Source: Octopus bimaculoides | Taxonomy: Eukaryota | Length of the DNA stretch: 38,758 bases | Assembly: GCF_001194135.2 (NCBI RefSeq) | Contig: NC_069003.1 | Coordinates: 17,509,028-17,547,785, forward strand | Direction: 5' to 3' | In this document: positions 1 to 11,305 of the stretch, piece by piece | Numbering within the stretch: the stretch's first letter is position 1 | Layout: each line of letters opens with the position of its first letter | The notes under the pieces: model-generated | Told to the model about the DNA's origin: nothing | The model's database searches: none | Seen by the model: only the letters and a program-made list of their open reading frames with translations | Made by a program: the position numbers and the translations under genes

Positions 1-45
<45 letters not shown>

Positions 46-69
46 GTCCAGGGCGTACCATTATGTCAA

Positions 70-335
70 TATTATTAACACATGAACTGGTTCAATTCCG
101 CTCCTTTATCGATTGTTTAATTTGGTTAAATACTAATTCATTTATTTTGTCAGTCACTGAAAAAGTTGCAAGTAGCAACAAAAGAGATTTGACAAACAAA
201 AACAAAACAAATGACTCGCTGTTTAACCAAATTAAACAAACAATTGATTAGTCAGTTGGTTATTTAACCAACTGACTAATAATAAAGGAGTGGAATTGAA
301 CCATTCCTTTATTATTAGTGCATGTGTTAATAATA
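70..335. mobile_element. Foldback/MITE-like element with nested inverted repeats
   Basis: Inverted pairs 70-84/321-335, 88-109/282-303 and 113-130/222-239, plus two internal hairpins in the right arm. Confidence 0.55.
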
Positions 336-769
336 ATAGTATAAAGACTTTAAACACAACAAAATTTGTTTTAACACACAAATTCACATGACTCTTTCAA
401 ATCAGATACAAAACCAAAGTATATGTACACACACAAATATATATATACACACACACACACACATATATATACACACACACACACACATATATATACACAC
501 ACACACACACATATATATACACACACACACACATATATACNNNNNNNNNNNNNNNNNNNNNNNNNNNNNNNNNNNNNNNNNNNNNNNNNNNNNNNNNNNN
601 NNNNNNNNNNNAAAGATCCCCTTCAGTCATGAATGACCATGGAATTGCACCTAGAAAATTCCTCTCCTAGGCACAAGTCCAGGCAAAGTTGTTTGTGGAA
701 GACCAGCAGTCGCCCATGCATACCACCCTCCCCTCTTCATGCCACTGATGTTATCCAAGGGAAAGGCAA

Positions 770-940
770 AGGCTGATACAGCTTGGCACCAGTGCTGTTG
801 CAACTCATTTCCACAGATGAGTGAACTTGAGCAATATGAAATAAAGTGTCTTGCTCAAGAACACAACACATAACCCTGTCTGGGAATCAAACTTACAACT
901 TCATGATCATAAGCATAATGCTCTAACCACTGAGCCCTAT
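770..940 (-). mobile_element. tRNA-derived SINE fragment
   Basis: The minus strand has a tRNA-like head (GGCTCAGTGGTTAGAGC...GTTTGATTCC, A and B boxes). A related copy lies at about 9225-9427. Confidence 0.7.
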
Positions 941-944
941 ACAC

Positions 945-2070
945 ACATTGTTTCCACCTGCACCTGCCCTACTGAACTTATCTCCAAGTACCTTGACTGT
1001 GTCCTTGCCACCCACCCCCATCCCCTAGTAGCTTCCCTCTCCACATACTTTCATGACACCAACCATGTTCTCAATTTATTTAACTCTTTCTCCTTCCCTA
1101 CTGGCTCCTCTTGATATCAAATTGATATACATAATGATAATGAAGGTCTTCTTGCTCTGAAACACTTTCTAAGACCTTCATCCAGACCCTCAGCACAACA
1201 CCTCCACACTTCTTTGTTTAGATGAACTCATCCTCTCCCTCAACTGATTCTCGCTTGCTCAAAGTTTTTGCCATCATATCTTTGGAGTGGCCATGGGAAT
1301 GAGCCCCAACTATGTGAACTTGTTCGTTGGCTATGTTGATACCCAAATATTCACACAGTTCACTGGTCCTATTCCTGAGCTATATGGTTATTATATCGAT
1401 GACTGAATTGGTGCAATCTCACTCTCCTAGGAACATCTTGATTCCTTCCTCTCCTTCATCCAATCCTTCCATCCTACAATTCAATTCTGCTGCACTGTCT
1501 TCATCTCCTCTGTTGAATTTTTTAATATTTCCATTAGTAAACACCACTCTGCTCTTACCATTTCCATCTGCTACAAACACAGACTTACACTACTATCTCA
1601 ACTTATCTTCCTCCCACCATACCCACACCAACCTCTCCATCCCCTACTCCCAGTTCCTCTGTCTACACTGGTTCTGCAGTGAATGATTTTGACATCCATT
1701 CTCAATCTAAATTGTCCTTCCCTGAGCATGATCTGTTGACTGTGCCTCTGCTCTCTCTCCTTTTCTCCTCATCTATCACCCCTCAAATGTACCATTTTCT
1801 GAGCCTTCCATCAACTCCAGTCTGAGCCCTCCACCTCTTCCCTCCTTCAAATACACTCATAATCTGCGTGAGCTACTGGTCAGTAGTTTCTTCTCTACTC
1901 CTGGTATCCAACCTGGCTCCTTCCTCTGCTCTCGCCCATGCTGTTGCACCTGCCACTACCTCTCCAACACCACTATCATCATTTGCACTCACCACCACCC
2001 CTATCACATCACTGACTCCTTTACCTGCAGCTCATCTGCTGCATCTCCTGCTCTTCTCTGTACATTGGTC
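945..2070 (+). mobile_element. Decayed Penelope-like retroelement (RT plus GIY-YIG start; Neptune-like by resemblance)
   Basis: Broken frames give IVSTCTCPTELISKYLD, GVAMGMSPNYVNLFVGYVD...YIDD* (1284-1406), PSFKYTHNLRELLV and FTCSS...CISCS..LYIGQ. Confidence 0.85.
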
Positions 2071-2167
2071 AATGAAGGAATTTATACATACACATACATA
2101 TATATACACATACATACATATACATATACATACATATATATATATATATACACAGACACACACACAC

Positions 2168-2300
2168 AGAGGGTTGGCCAAAAATCACCCGACAGTAAAT
2201 CAAAATTAAAAAGGACCATGTGCTCTTGGCCCTCATAAACCCACCAAGACTGTTTACATTCCTCTTGAAGATATCAATTGGTTCTAACAAAGAAAATCCT
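2168..2300 (-). mobile_element. Possible Tc1/mariner terminal fragment
   Basis: TIR-like CAGAGGGTTGGCCAAAAATCACCCGACAG next to a (TA/CA)n tract. No clear transposase. Confidence 0.35.
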
Positions 2301-2513
2301 GAGGTAAGGAAGGACTGGGTGATGTGGTTATTGTTGTAGCTGAGCCTGAAGGAGGCGAACAACAGAGATAATGAATGGAGGAAAAATGTGTGTGTTGGGA
2401 GTGCCTGAGTGGAGGTAACATGAGGCCAACCAGCTTTATGAAGCAGAGGCCATTGTAGTAGTGGTAGAAAGAGCAAAGAGAATGGACACAATACATCTAT
2501 TGAACCAAAGACT

Positions 2514-2514
<1 letters not shown>

Positions 2515-2581
<67 letters not shown>
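2515..2581. repeat. (GT)n microsatellite
   Basis: Pure GT run ending about 35 nt from the donor of exon 2617-2709. Confidence 0.95.
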
Positions 2582-2585
<4 letters not shown>

Positions 2586-2616
2586 AAACAGTCTTAATAG
2601 AAAACGAAAGACATAC

Positions 2617-2709
2617 CTTGGTGATTTTCTTTCCTTTTAGTCCAGACTGTGAACATAAACTCTCCAACTCATCATGCCACTGCAGACCCATTGACTGGCA
2701 ATTGTTCAA
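2617..2709 (-). CDS. PLCL: PLCL exon (93 nt, phase 0 to 0)
   Basis: Encodes LNNCQSMGLQWHDELESLCSQSGLKGKKITK (compare [31 protein letters not shown]). Acceptor ttttacAG, donor GTATGT. Confidence 0.9.
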
Positions 2710-3340
2710 CTGTAAAACAACGAGAGAAAGACAAATGTGTGTATATATATCATCATCATTTTAAGGTCTACTTTTTCATGCTTGCACGCGTTGGACGAGA
2801 TTTGTTGAGTCAGAATTTTCTATAGCCAGATGCCATTCCTGTTGCCAACTGTCACTTCTCTTTAAGCAAGGTAATATCTCCCATGGCCAGACACTCATTT
2901 TACAACTATCACATGATATCAAAATAAAGTGACAGACACAGATATATATATATATGGGTGGGAATTTGGCATTTCTTTATTACATTTATGTATGTATGTT
3001 TCAGTATTTAGTAATTAATTAATGATGCCACACTATAATTGCAATCCAAAAATGCAATCAAAATAGGACATCTCAGACTGAGACGAAATATGGATCATAA
3101 ATGTGCAGTTACTCTATATAAATACTTGAAAGATACAAGACCAGTAGAAGAAAGAGGGAATGAGGGCGGTAGGGGTGAGACTTAGGCCTTCCCTAAACCA
3201 CAAATGTATGGTAGTATAAATAATGATATAGGGCCAGTTACCAAATGAAATGTAGACATAAGCTAAGTTATCTGACATAATGGGAAGACAGCCAGTCATG
3301 CAAGTAGACATTGTATCTACATAAGCCAGAATATACATGT

Positions 3341-3386
<46 letters not shown>

Positions 3387-3574
3387 GACAGGCAGACATA
3401 TGTTAAAGGAAGAAAACTAACTCGTTGGTTAATGGTTAGTCCATTTAATACCGACCCACATGGGACTTCTCTCTGGTTCTATGGTACAAACTTCCTGTTT
3501 TGAACTCACCAAAATTAAAAGCTTCCATTAAAATTTCATGTTAATTTATGATCCTAACAACAGCTTAATAATGG

Positions 3575-3790
3575 TATCAAATTTTGGCACAAAGCCAGCA
3601 ATTTTGAGAGAGTGGGGCTAGTTGATTACATTGATCCCAGTATTTGACTTGTACTTATTTTATTGGCTCCAAAAGGATGAAACACCAAGCTGACTTCAGT
3701 AAAATCTGAACTCAGAATGTAAAGATGTACAAAATGCTGCTAAGCATTTTGCCTGGTGTGCTAACAATTGTGCCAACTCATTGCCTAACA
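3575..3790 (+). mobile_element. Short interspersed repeat (SINE/MITE family)
   Basis: Shares the ttttatt...aaaggatgaaa...ttgac...gaactcagaa core with 7990-8080. Confidence 0.5.
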
Positions 3791-3984
3791 CCAGCTTAAT
3801 ATTAAGGACAAAGTTATGTTACTAAACTCTTTATTATTTTCAAAATGAACTGAAACAAAAGTAGTGTGCTTCTATAAAAATACGGTAACAAAAAAGAGTT
3901 ACATATTCAAAGATACAATTTATGTGTTCTGTAACTCAGCTGGGACAGTTTGACAGAATACTACACCAGGTTACTGTATCTGTT

Positions 3985-4260
3985 TTGGCATGGCTTTCTA
4001 TGGCTGGATGCCCTCCCTAACACCAACCACTCTGCAGAGTGGACTGAGTTATTTTTTATGTGGCACCAGCACAGGGGAGGTCAGTTTCGGTCTTTTTTAC
4101 AAATGGATGCCCTTCCAAACACAAACCACTTTACAGTGTGGACTGGATGCTTTTTACATGGCACTATCACTGGCAGGGTCACCAAGTAACTTGCAAGACA
4201 GATCCTTTCAGAAGGAAGGGGGGCATTGGGGGAGGTGATCTTGTGCCAGTTGATGAAAGG
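3985..4260 (-). mobile_element. RTE/SINE 3' tail fragments (duplicated)
   Basis: Two copies of ggatgccct.cc.aacac.aaccact.t.cag.gtggactg, the reverse complement of the tail at 4585-4715 and 34270-34415. Confidence 0.65.
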
Positions 4261-4303
4261 TTGTAGTGAGACAGAAACAAGTGTCTTGCTGTAGAAGAGA
4301 TAT

Positions 4304-4308
<5 letters not shown>

Positions 4309-4382
<74 letters not shown>
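4309..4382. repeat. (GA)n microsatellite
   Basis: Pure GA run. Confidence 0.95.
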
Positions 4383-4385
<3 letters not shown>

Positions 4386-4584
4386 TGGTGAAATACCAGG
4401 GCATGCTCACAAAGAACAAGGATCAGAATATAAATGATTGGGTATTGCTAGGGTGCATGAGTAGGGAGTAGATACTTCACATGAATGCAAGGATAGTTGA
4501 GGGTGAGGGAGAACAGGATAGTACTGGATACAGTGAGCAGGGCAGTGAGAACAGGACGGGGAGAAAGAGATAAACATTGCCACT

Positions 4585-4715
4585 CCAGGAGTGGTTGGCA
4601 TTAGGAAAGGCATCCAACTGTAGAAACCATGCCAAATCAGACTGAAACCTGTTGCAGCTCTCCAGCTCCAGTCAGACCATCTAACCCATTCCAGCATGGA
4701 GAGCAGATGTTAAAT
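4585..4715 (+). mobile_element. RTE/SINE shared 3' tail
   Basis: gagtggttggcattaggaaagggcatcc..tgtagaaac...aaccca..ccagcatgga...aaatgatgat. Confidence 0.7.
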
Positions 4716-4799
4716 GATGATAGTACATTAAAACAGGAAATGTAAGAAAAAGAAGAGATGTAGTTTGGTTTGTTGGGGTAGGGTGTGGAAAAAGTTTTA

Positions 4800-5655
4800 T
4801 TGTTGTTACAGTGCTGAAGTGGGCTGTCTTCTCAAGAACTTCATATTGCTAGATATCTTAGTCCATTGTCATCTCCGTGAGGTCCAACATCCAGAAATCG
4901 GTCCTAACCACTTCATTCCACACCTTCCTGAGTCTCCCTCTTTCACAGGTGCCATCCATTCTCAGTGATTGGACTTCTTTATATAGCTGTCTACATTCAT
5001 ATGCATCATATGTCCGAACCAACATAATCTTTCTTGCATGCTGCATCTAATTCCTCTTATGCCCAACTTTTCTCTCAGAACATTTGCACTTTGTTGTATG
5101 TGCACACTGATGTTGCACATCCAACAGAGCATATTATCTTCATTCCTGTCAAGTCTATGCATGTCTTTTAGATTCAGAACCCAGGTCTCATTACTGTGGG
5201 GTACAGCTGTTTGTACACAAGCATCATACAATCTACCTTTCACTGTGGGAGGGTCCTTTTGTTGTCAACAGAGATAAAAGTTCTCTGAACTTCCTCTATC
5301 CTATTCTTATTCTAGAAGCAATACTTTCAGAACATCCTCTACCATTGCTAATTTGGTAACTTAGATAACAGACACTATCCACAATCTCAAGAGAGACTCC
5401 TGGGCCTTTTTAGAGAGTCTAATTCCTGTGTGACCTTAGTGCTTATTGTTCCTGCACATCTGCCACATATGAAGACAACTTTATCAGTTAATCTACCTGT
5501 GATTCCATTACACCTCTTATGTGTCAATAGTTGACACTGGGTGCAGTGAATGGAATTACTTCCAACTCCTTTTCTACATACTGAGCAGAGCCATTTCCCT
5601 GACAGAAGGAGAGTCTTATCTGCTTTCTTGCTAACAATAAATTTTGTCTTTGACA
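4800..5655 (-). mobile_element. RTE-type LINE, 5'-truncated and decayed
   Basis: Peptides WLCSVCRKGVGSNSIHCTQC..HKRCNGITGRL..FICGRC, KGRLYDACVQTAVPHSNETW and RLCWFGHMMHM. Same family as 12430-14200. Confidence 0.9.
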
Positions 5656-6782
5656 ACTTTTATTTAAAAAAAAAAAAGCAGTATTTAGTTTCAATGTTAT
5701 TCTGTAGTTACAAAATATATTTCATATCTGTCAACTAAACCCACACAGTCATTACATGATGATGTAGCAGTATAATGGTGGGGGTCGGAACTGAGAGTAG
5801 GAAAGGGAGATAACTATGCTGAACTGTGAAACTTGTGTTAGCATGTAACTTGTGTTCATAGTTAAAGCAGTGATAGTGTTGGTGGGTCAGGTTTTCATAG
5901 TTCAACTGTATGTAAATGGGAGTAGATGAATAAATAAGTTAGTAGCAGAGTTCTACTGTGTAGTAGCAGTAGAGTTCACGTGTGTTGTTGTGTTTAGGCT
6001 GTTGTTGTTTAGCCTCTGGTTAGCCCTGATTGAACAGCCCTATAATAGAATCAAGGGCATTCTAAACTAAATTATCTAATTATGTTTTCTCTTTTTCTTT
6101 TTTAACCCTTAAACTTCAAAACTAAATTTCATTGTTATTCCAGCAATGGGTGTTAAATATTTACCAAAAAAATTTTCTGCAAGTCACATTGTCTCAATTG
6201 AGATATCTCAACAAAAAATAGCTTCAAACATAACATTGCTCAACAAAAGATAGACTGGTATAGAAAACTGCTTTCTGCAGTGAAGGTTAGTGAAATTTTG
6301 AGTGGATATATCTAATTTCTGCAGTAAAAGCATAAATGAGCTATGATCAGCTTTTAAAATCTCTAGCGCTTCATATATATATATACAATGAAGAGTAGTG
6401 AAATTTGGAGTGGATATATCTGATTTCAGCAGTAAAATGGTTGAAAACAATAAGATGTCATTTGAAAGAAATTTAGTAACTCTTTGTAGCTGGCACCCTC
6501 AGATCACTCTTGACAGTTTGAGATGCAGTGGTAGTGGTGTCTTGAGGTGTTGCTGAAATGTCCAGGTGTTGGTGTCTTTTGTTTTACTTGTTTGTGGCTA
6601 GTTATACATACAGCTGCATTAATGTTCTAGAAGCCATCCCAGTGTGCTGTTGATCTATCAATTTGTCTAGGTGTTTATAGGTGACTCAACATACACTTTC
6701 AAACATTGTATGTTGAGTTGCCATTCCTAAACTATCACTAGGGACCAAGACATAAGATGATAATTGTTTCTTTTATATTTAC

Positions 6783-6836
6783 CTTTAAGATAATTCCATC
6801 AGCATTTTCGATCAAGGTCTTACAGTTAGCCACCAA
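6783..6836 (-). CDS. PLCL: PLCL exon (54 nt, phase 0 to 0)
   Basis: Encodes LVANCKTLIENADGIILK (compare MIQESRFLIEMADTVQEK). Acceptor tttctgtgttccAG, donor GTAAAT. Confidence 0.87.
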
Positions 6837-6899
6837 CTGGAACACAGAAAAAGACATACAACAGTGCAGTGCAAGAATTATAAGTTACACCAATGAAAG

Positions 6900-7285
6900 A
6901 CATCCTCACTCTCATCATTGTCATTATCATAACCACCACCACCGCCGCTGCCAACGCCACCGCCACCACCTTGATTATCATCATTGTATCGTCAGTTTCT
7001 TCTGTTTTCTGCCTCTCAAATCAATTCAGTCTTTGGTCAGTTTTAACAACTGAAGACAGCAACGACAAAAATACTTGGGATGAGAACGGCAATAATGACA
7101 ATCATGATTACGACGATGATGACAATTACAATGGTGACAATGATGATACTTATGATGATGATGATGATACTGATTGTGATAAATTATAATGGTGTTGATA
7201 TTGATGAGGATGATGCTAGAAATGATAGCAATAATGATGATAATGGTGGTGGTAGGAGTAATATTGATGATGATGCTGGTGGGAG
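6900..7285. repeat. Trinucleotide low-complexity tract, (CAT/CAC)n then (GAT/AAT)n
   Basis: Fills most of the 485-nt intron between exons 6783-6836 and 7322-7399. Confidence 0.85.
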
Positions 7286-7321
7286 GAAAGGAAAACTTAA
7301 AAAATGTAAACAGTTACTCAC

Positions 7322-7399
7322 TTCATTAAAAGAGATCATAGCTTTTTTCACTAAATCTGGCAACATAAACTGTGACCCTCGGTACTCCAGATGGGGGTA
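7322..7399 (-). CDS. PLCL: PLCL exon (78 nt, phase 0 to 0)
   Basis: Encodes YPHLEYRGSQFMLPDLVKKAMISFNE (compare FPYLE...PDVQKKMLTAYD). Acceptor ttttgtttcAG, donor GTGAGT. Confidence 0.88.
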
Positions 7400-7661
7400 C
7401 TGAAACAAAATGGAGACAAAAATTACAACAACTAATAGGGGTGGTACAAAGGAACATTTAGACACTAGTATACTCCAGGTAAGAATACTGAGTGAGGAAA
7501 TTAAAATTACTACAAAACACAAAGGATAAGAGAATAGATGACACCCCCATAGAATGTTCGAGTAGTGACTGATGATGCTGTCCTCAAAGGAGAGACCAGT
7601 CCTGAATGCTTGTGACAGAGTCGACTCTGCATAAAGGTACCCACGGACCTGGTGACAGTCC

Positions 7662-7887
7662 AACCTTTTAGCATTCAGATTACTCGGTCAAAAGCAATGT
7701 TTATTTATCCACATGGGTTTGAATTAATCATGCATAATCCCATAGCTTTGAGATATTGAGGATGTGATTGTCTATATTTAGACTGACATTGTAGGGTTAG
7801 TGTGAGAGGCTGGCTCTGGCTAGTTTTAACATAAAACAGATTGAATATTTGGGCCTGATATGACTGGTTTAAAAGTTAAAGGGTTAA
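7662..7887 (+). mobile_element. piggyBac-like MITE (TTAA-type ends)
   Basis: aaccttttagcattcag...gttaaagggttaa. A second copy in opposite orientation lies at 27046-27272. Confidence 0.65.
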
Positions 7888-8433
7888 ATCTATCACCCAA
7901 GAACTCAGACTGCAAAAACCCTGAACAAATACCATGAGGCACCTCATCCAATGCTTTTACATCTCACAAATCCATTGTCTTGAATGATTGGCATTTCATT
8001 TTATTGATTGTTAAAGGATGAAAGGTGAAGTTGACCTCGGCAGGATTTGAACTCAGAACACAAAGAACCAGAACAAATACTAGGTTGAGGAAAAAGTTTG
8101 TGTACTGTGTCAAGCATTATTTTAAACATAGCATTGTTTTAAAAATAATGCTATGTTAAAATAATGCATAACATGGCACACAAATGTTTTCCTCATCCTA
8201 ATACCTTAAGTTATTTTGTCCTATCCACTAACAATTCTTTCAATCTGCTCCAGGTCCTGTGCAATGAGAGCCAACTGGAACAATGTGGTTGTGAAATAAA
8301 ACTGCTTCAACACATAGCCATACATGTAGGACCCTAAATCAACTCCTGTCCCATCCACTGCTGTCATTGATTACTTAAAAAAAAACAAAAAAAAAAAAAC
8401 CAACAAAGAACAGGCTATCCAAAGAATACTTAC

Positions 8434-8616
8434 CATTCCTTTAAGAAACATACTAAACTGGTCCCCACTGGTGTTGATGACACGCGATGCCAGAAGGCGA
8501 ACACCTTGCTTAATGTTAGCAATTGGTTGTAAACCACAGATGTCTTTGAAAGACATCAGGGCATTGTGGACACTATCTCTTAGCTCAAGTCCTTCTTTCA
8601 AGGGACCCACAGCACT
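8434..8616 (-). CDS. PLCL: PLCL exon: C-terminal helical region (183 nt, phase 0 to 0)
   Basis: Encodes SAVGPLKEGLELRDSVHNALMSFKDICGLQPIANIKQGVRLLASRVINTSGDQFSMFLKGM. Acceptor tatttcAG, donor GTAAGT. Confidence 0.93.
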
Positions 8617-8754
8617 CTGAAATAATTGATTAGAAAGTGAGTTTAATCTTCACAGAAAAACGAAAAAAAAAACATTTGAATTTTTCAAGCCAATATCTTG
8701 TGTAACATAAACTAATCCTCCATCTTGTTTTCAATTCAAAGAAGCAGTATGTCT

Positions 8755-8960
8755 ATTTTCTAGTTTCTTTTACTTGTTGCAATCATACTGGGGCACTACC
8801 TTTAAAGGGTTCTGGTTGGAGAGATCAACTCCAGTACTTGTTTTCACTCTGGTACTTTAACTAATGGTCTCTTTTGCCAAATTGCTTTGTTACAGGGGCA
8901 TAAACAAACCAACATTGGTTGTCAAACAATGTGGTGGGGGACAGACACAAACACACACAG
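8755..8960 (-). mobile_element. SINE 3' portion
   Basis: Reverse complement of the 27640-27860 part of the full-length SINE. Confidence 0.7.
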
Positions 8961-9224
8961 ATTATGCATACCAAATTCACAAAACGGTAACACTCGCCTA
9001 AGGTACCATGCTTTAGGACTGAACCTGAAATCACATGGTAACATACACATGCTTGCACCTAGTATAGGTGTACAAATTTAAACTTTATCTACAGCAAAGA
9101 ATTCCTTCAAGACTATTTCCTCAGCTGTGAGATGTGTAGGGTTTAGGATCTCTCATGAGCCAAAGACTTCATAAAGCCAAAGATTAATCTAGTTTCCATA
9201 GCATATAAGATTATAACACTTGTC

Positions 9225-9427
9225 CCACTCACTGAATGAGATGCTAGTCCATTGCAGGGTTAACTTCTCAGCTATTACTGGAACTCATTTACAGCTGAGT
9301 GGGACTGGAGCAAAGTGAAATGAAGTGCTTTTCTCAAGAATACAATGTATCGTTTGGTCCAGGAACCAAAACCATGATCATAAGATTGTGAGTTCAACAA
9401 TCTAACCACTAGGTCATGCACCTTCAC
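9225..9427 (-). mobile_element. tRNA-derived SINE
   Basis: caactcattt.cag.tgagtg.actggagcaa.gtgaaat.aagtg, same family as 770-940. Confidence 0.7.
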
Positions 9428-9883
9428 TTATGTAGAGTTTACATTTGGACTATGCATTCACCAAGGAATTAGTAAAAATTACAATGAATGTTCAACCCAA
9501 CACAATACTCCTACTCATCTACCAACCCACATTGACTCAAGGTACATTTATGCTAAACAATATATTACGCATTATAAACAATATTAATTGGTCGGCATTT
9601 CTAATTAAAACATTGCTTGAATTGATTGAAAAACAAATCATGGAAAACATTGTGTTTGTTGCATTGGCAATAAATTCAGGAGCAGGTAATTCAATGGATC
9701 AAAGAACGACAGAGATTCACACACATATAACTATGTAGGTAGGGTAAAATCTAAATTGTGTCCCCTTGAAGCACATCTGCTTATTCTGGTATTACAATCC
9801 AGTATGTAGTTGTTGTAGTTATATGAGGTACGCATTAGAGTTAGAAATTCTGGAAATATTGTTTGCAGAGTTACTATATAACG

Positions 9884-9945
9884 AAACAGGAAGTTGGAAA
9901 AATGTTTTGGTATTAATGCCACAAAATTTTTCCAACTTCCTGTTT
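9884..9945. repeat. 62-nt palindrome
   Basis: Perfect 20-bp arms (aaacaggaagttggaaaaat / atttttccaacttcctgttt) around a nearly self-complementary core centred on TT|AA. Confidence 0.9.
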
Positions 9946-10019
9946 TATTAAACACACACACATATGTAAATGCAACATATCAGGTATTGAAGCTATCCTT
10001 ATCAAAATACAGCTTAGAT

Positions 10020-10200
10020 GGACAGGTCATCTCTCATGCATGAGTGATATCGGAATCCTGAAGCAGTTCCTCTTTGGTCAATTTCCAACAGAAAGATCAA
10101 CTGGAAGGCCACTCTTATGCTTCAAAGACAAACTAAAAGACAATCTGAAGTGATAGAACATTCCCTTTTCTGCCAAGGAAAACAAGGCATCACAACACAA
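10020..10200 (+). mobile_element. RTE LINE 3' fragment
   Basis: ILKQFLFGQFPTERSTGRPLLCFKDKLKDNLK matches the typical RTE C-terminus. Confidence 0.65.
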
Positions 10201-10499
10201 ACCCTGACACCAGTCCTGCTTCTCCTCAGTTCAAAGATTTGAGTGAAGTCGACTCCAACATAAGGACTGTAAAAGTTTGATAGTTGTAATAGAGACATTA
10301 GTCTCTCTCTATCACCTTTCAACAGCATTATAAATTAAGGAACAGTAGAACAATTTAACAACATAATAAAAATAAGTTTTATTTTTTGATGATGCTTGGT
10401 GATATAAATCCTGTGTCACTCAGCTTAGCAGCCGCTGATTAATTTGTAATTGGTATTGGAAGGTTAAGAGCTTCCTTGATGCCTGCCAGAGAAGCAAGT

Positions 10500-10720
10500 A
10501 GCTATCACCATCGAAGGCATCGTGGTGAAGAGTGCTTCGTTGAGGAGCGAGGGTTGTCACGTCGAAGGTCTCTCGCTCAACTGTCTAAGAAAGTGAAACC
10601 CACTCTTTAAGTACTAGTTTTACTATGCATGCGCAATCGAGGGGCTTCCGGTGGTGAAGTCCCTTGTGCATGCGCAGAATAGTACTTCCTCAATGGCGGC
10701 TATAATTTCGCGCCACTACA
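10500..10720. promoter_or_regulatory. CpG-rich patch with NRF1-, ETS- and YY1-like motifs
   Basis: TGCATGCGCA twice (10626, 10667), CTTCCGG (10645), CAATGGCGGC (10691), and about 14 CpGs in 220 nt. Confidence 0.3.
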
Positions 10721-11305
10721 GGACCAACTTCATGCAAGCATGAAGGCACACTGGCAAAATGCCACTCCTATAAATGCAAACCATATCTACCGTGGTTTTG
10801 CGGCCTGGAGCAAAGTAGGCCTTGCTGTCCACACAAGAAAACATGTAAATTGTCCACAAGCACTCGAGCAAACAGAGTCCTTAACTTGATCCATTTGCCA
10901 AGAGATTTGCAGGCCTCAAGAGACACATGAGTGTCCATAAATCACATTTACTGCTTTCTACTACTGAACCCTAATTTGTCACTTGTGACAAGAAAATCCA
11001 GTGTGTGTGTGTGTGTGTGTGTGCGTGCGTGTGTGTGAATCCAACCCACTAAGGGGTAATATCTATCCAATATACTGCTGGAAGAATACCCAATTATTAT
11101 TACACTAGTGTTTTTCCTTCGTATTACCAAGTGCAATAAATGGGTGTGGGTAAGAAGATATTTTACCAATAATTTATATAGCAATAAGAAAATGGTGGGA
11201 AATAGGTGGTATTCATCAACTTGCAGACATTGTATTGTGTCAATTTACAATGCCTGCAAGTTGATGAATACCACCTATTCCCCTCCATTTTCTTATTGCT
11301 ATATA

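Noticed and set aside
1-2616. Next downstream PLCL exon (expected ...FAWNI.VLKGQ...)
   Set aside because: Not found; presumably to the left of the window.
3114-3338. Possible CR1/L2 RT remnant (YVDT...)
   Set aside because: Too degenerate to support.
6285-6438. Two copies of a 45-bp unit (gtgaaattt.gagtggatatatct.attt..gcagtaaaa)
   Set aside because: A small local duplication with no supporting structure or context.
6893-7403. Acidic Asp-rich and His-rich plus-strand ORFs
   Set aside because: Translations of (GAT)n/(CAC)n microsatellites, antisense to real PLCL exons.
9445-9738. 97-aa plus-strand ORF
   Set aside because: No recognisable domain, no true ATG start, and AT-rich intronic composition.
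10540-10600. Possible hammerhead (TTGAGGA...GAAAC)
   Set aside because: The core is not CUGANGA, and GAAA is separated from stem II by about 16 nt.
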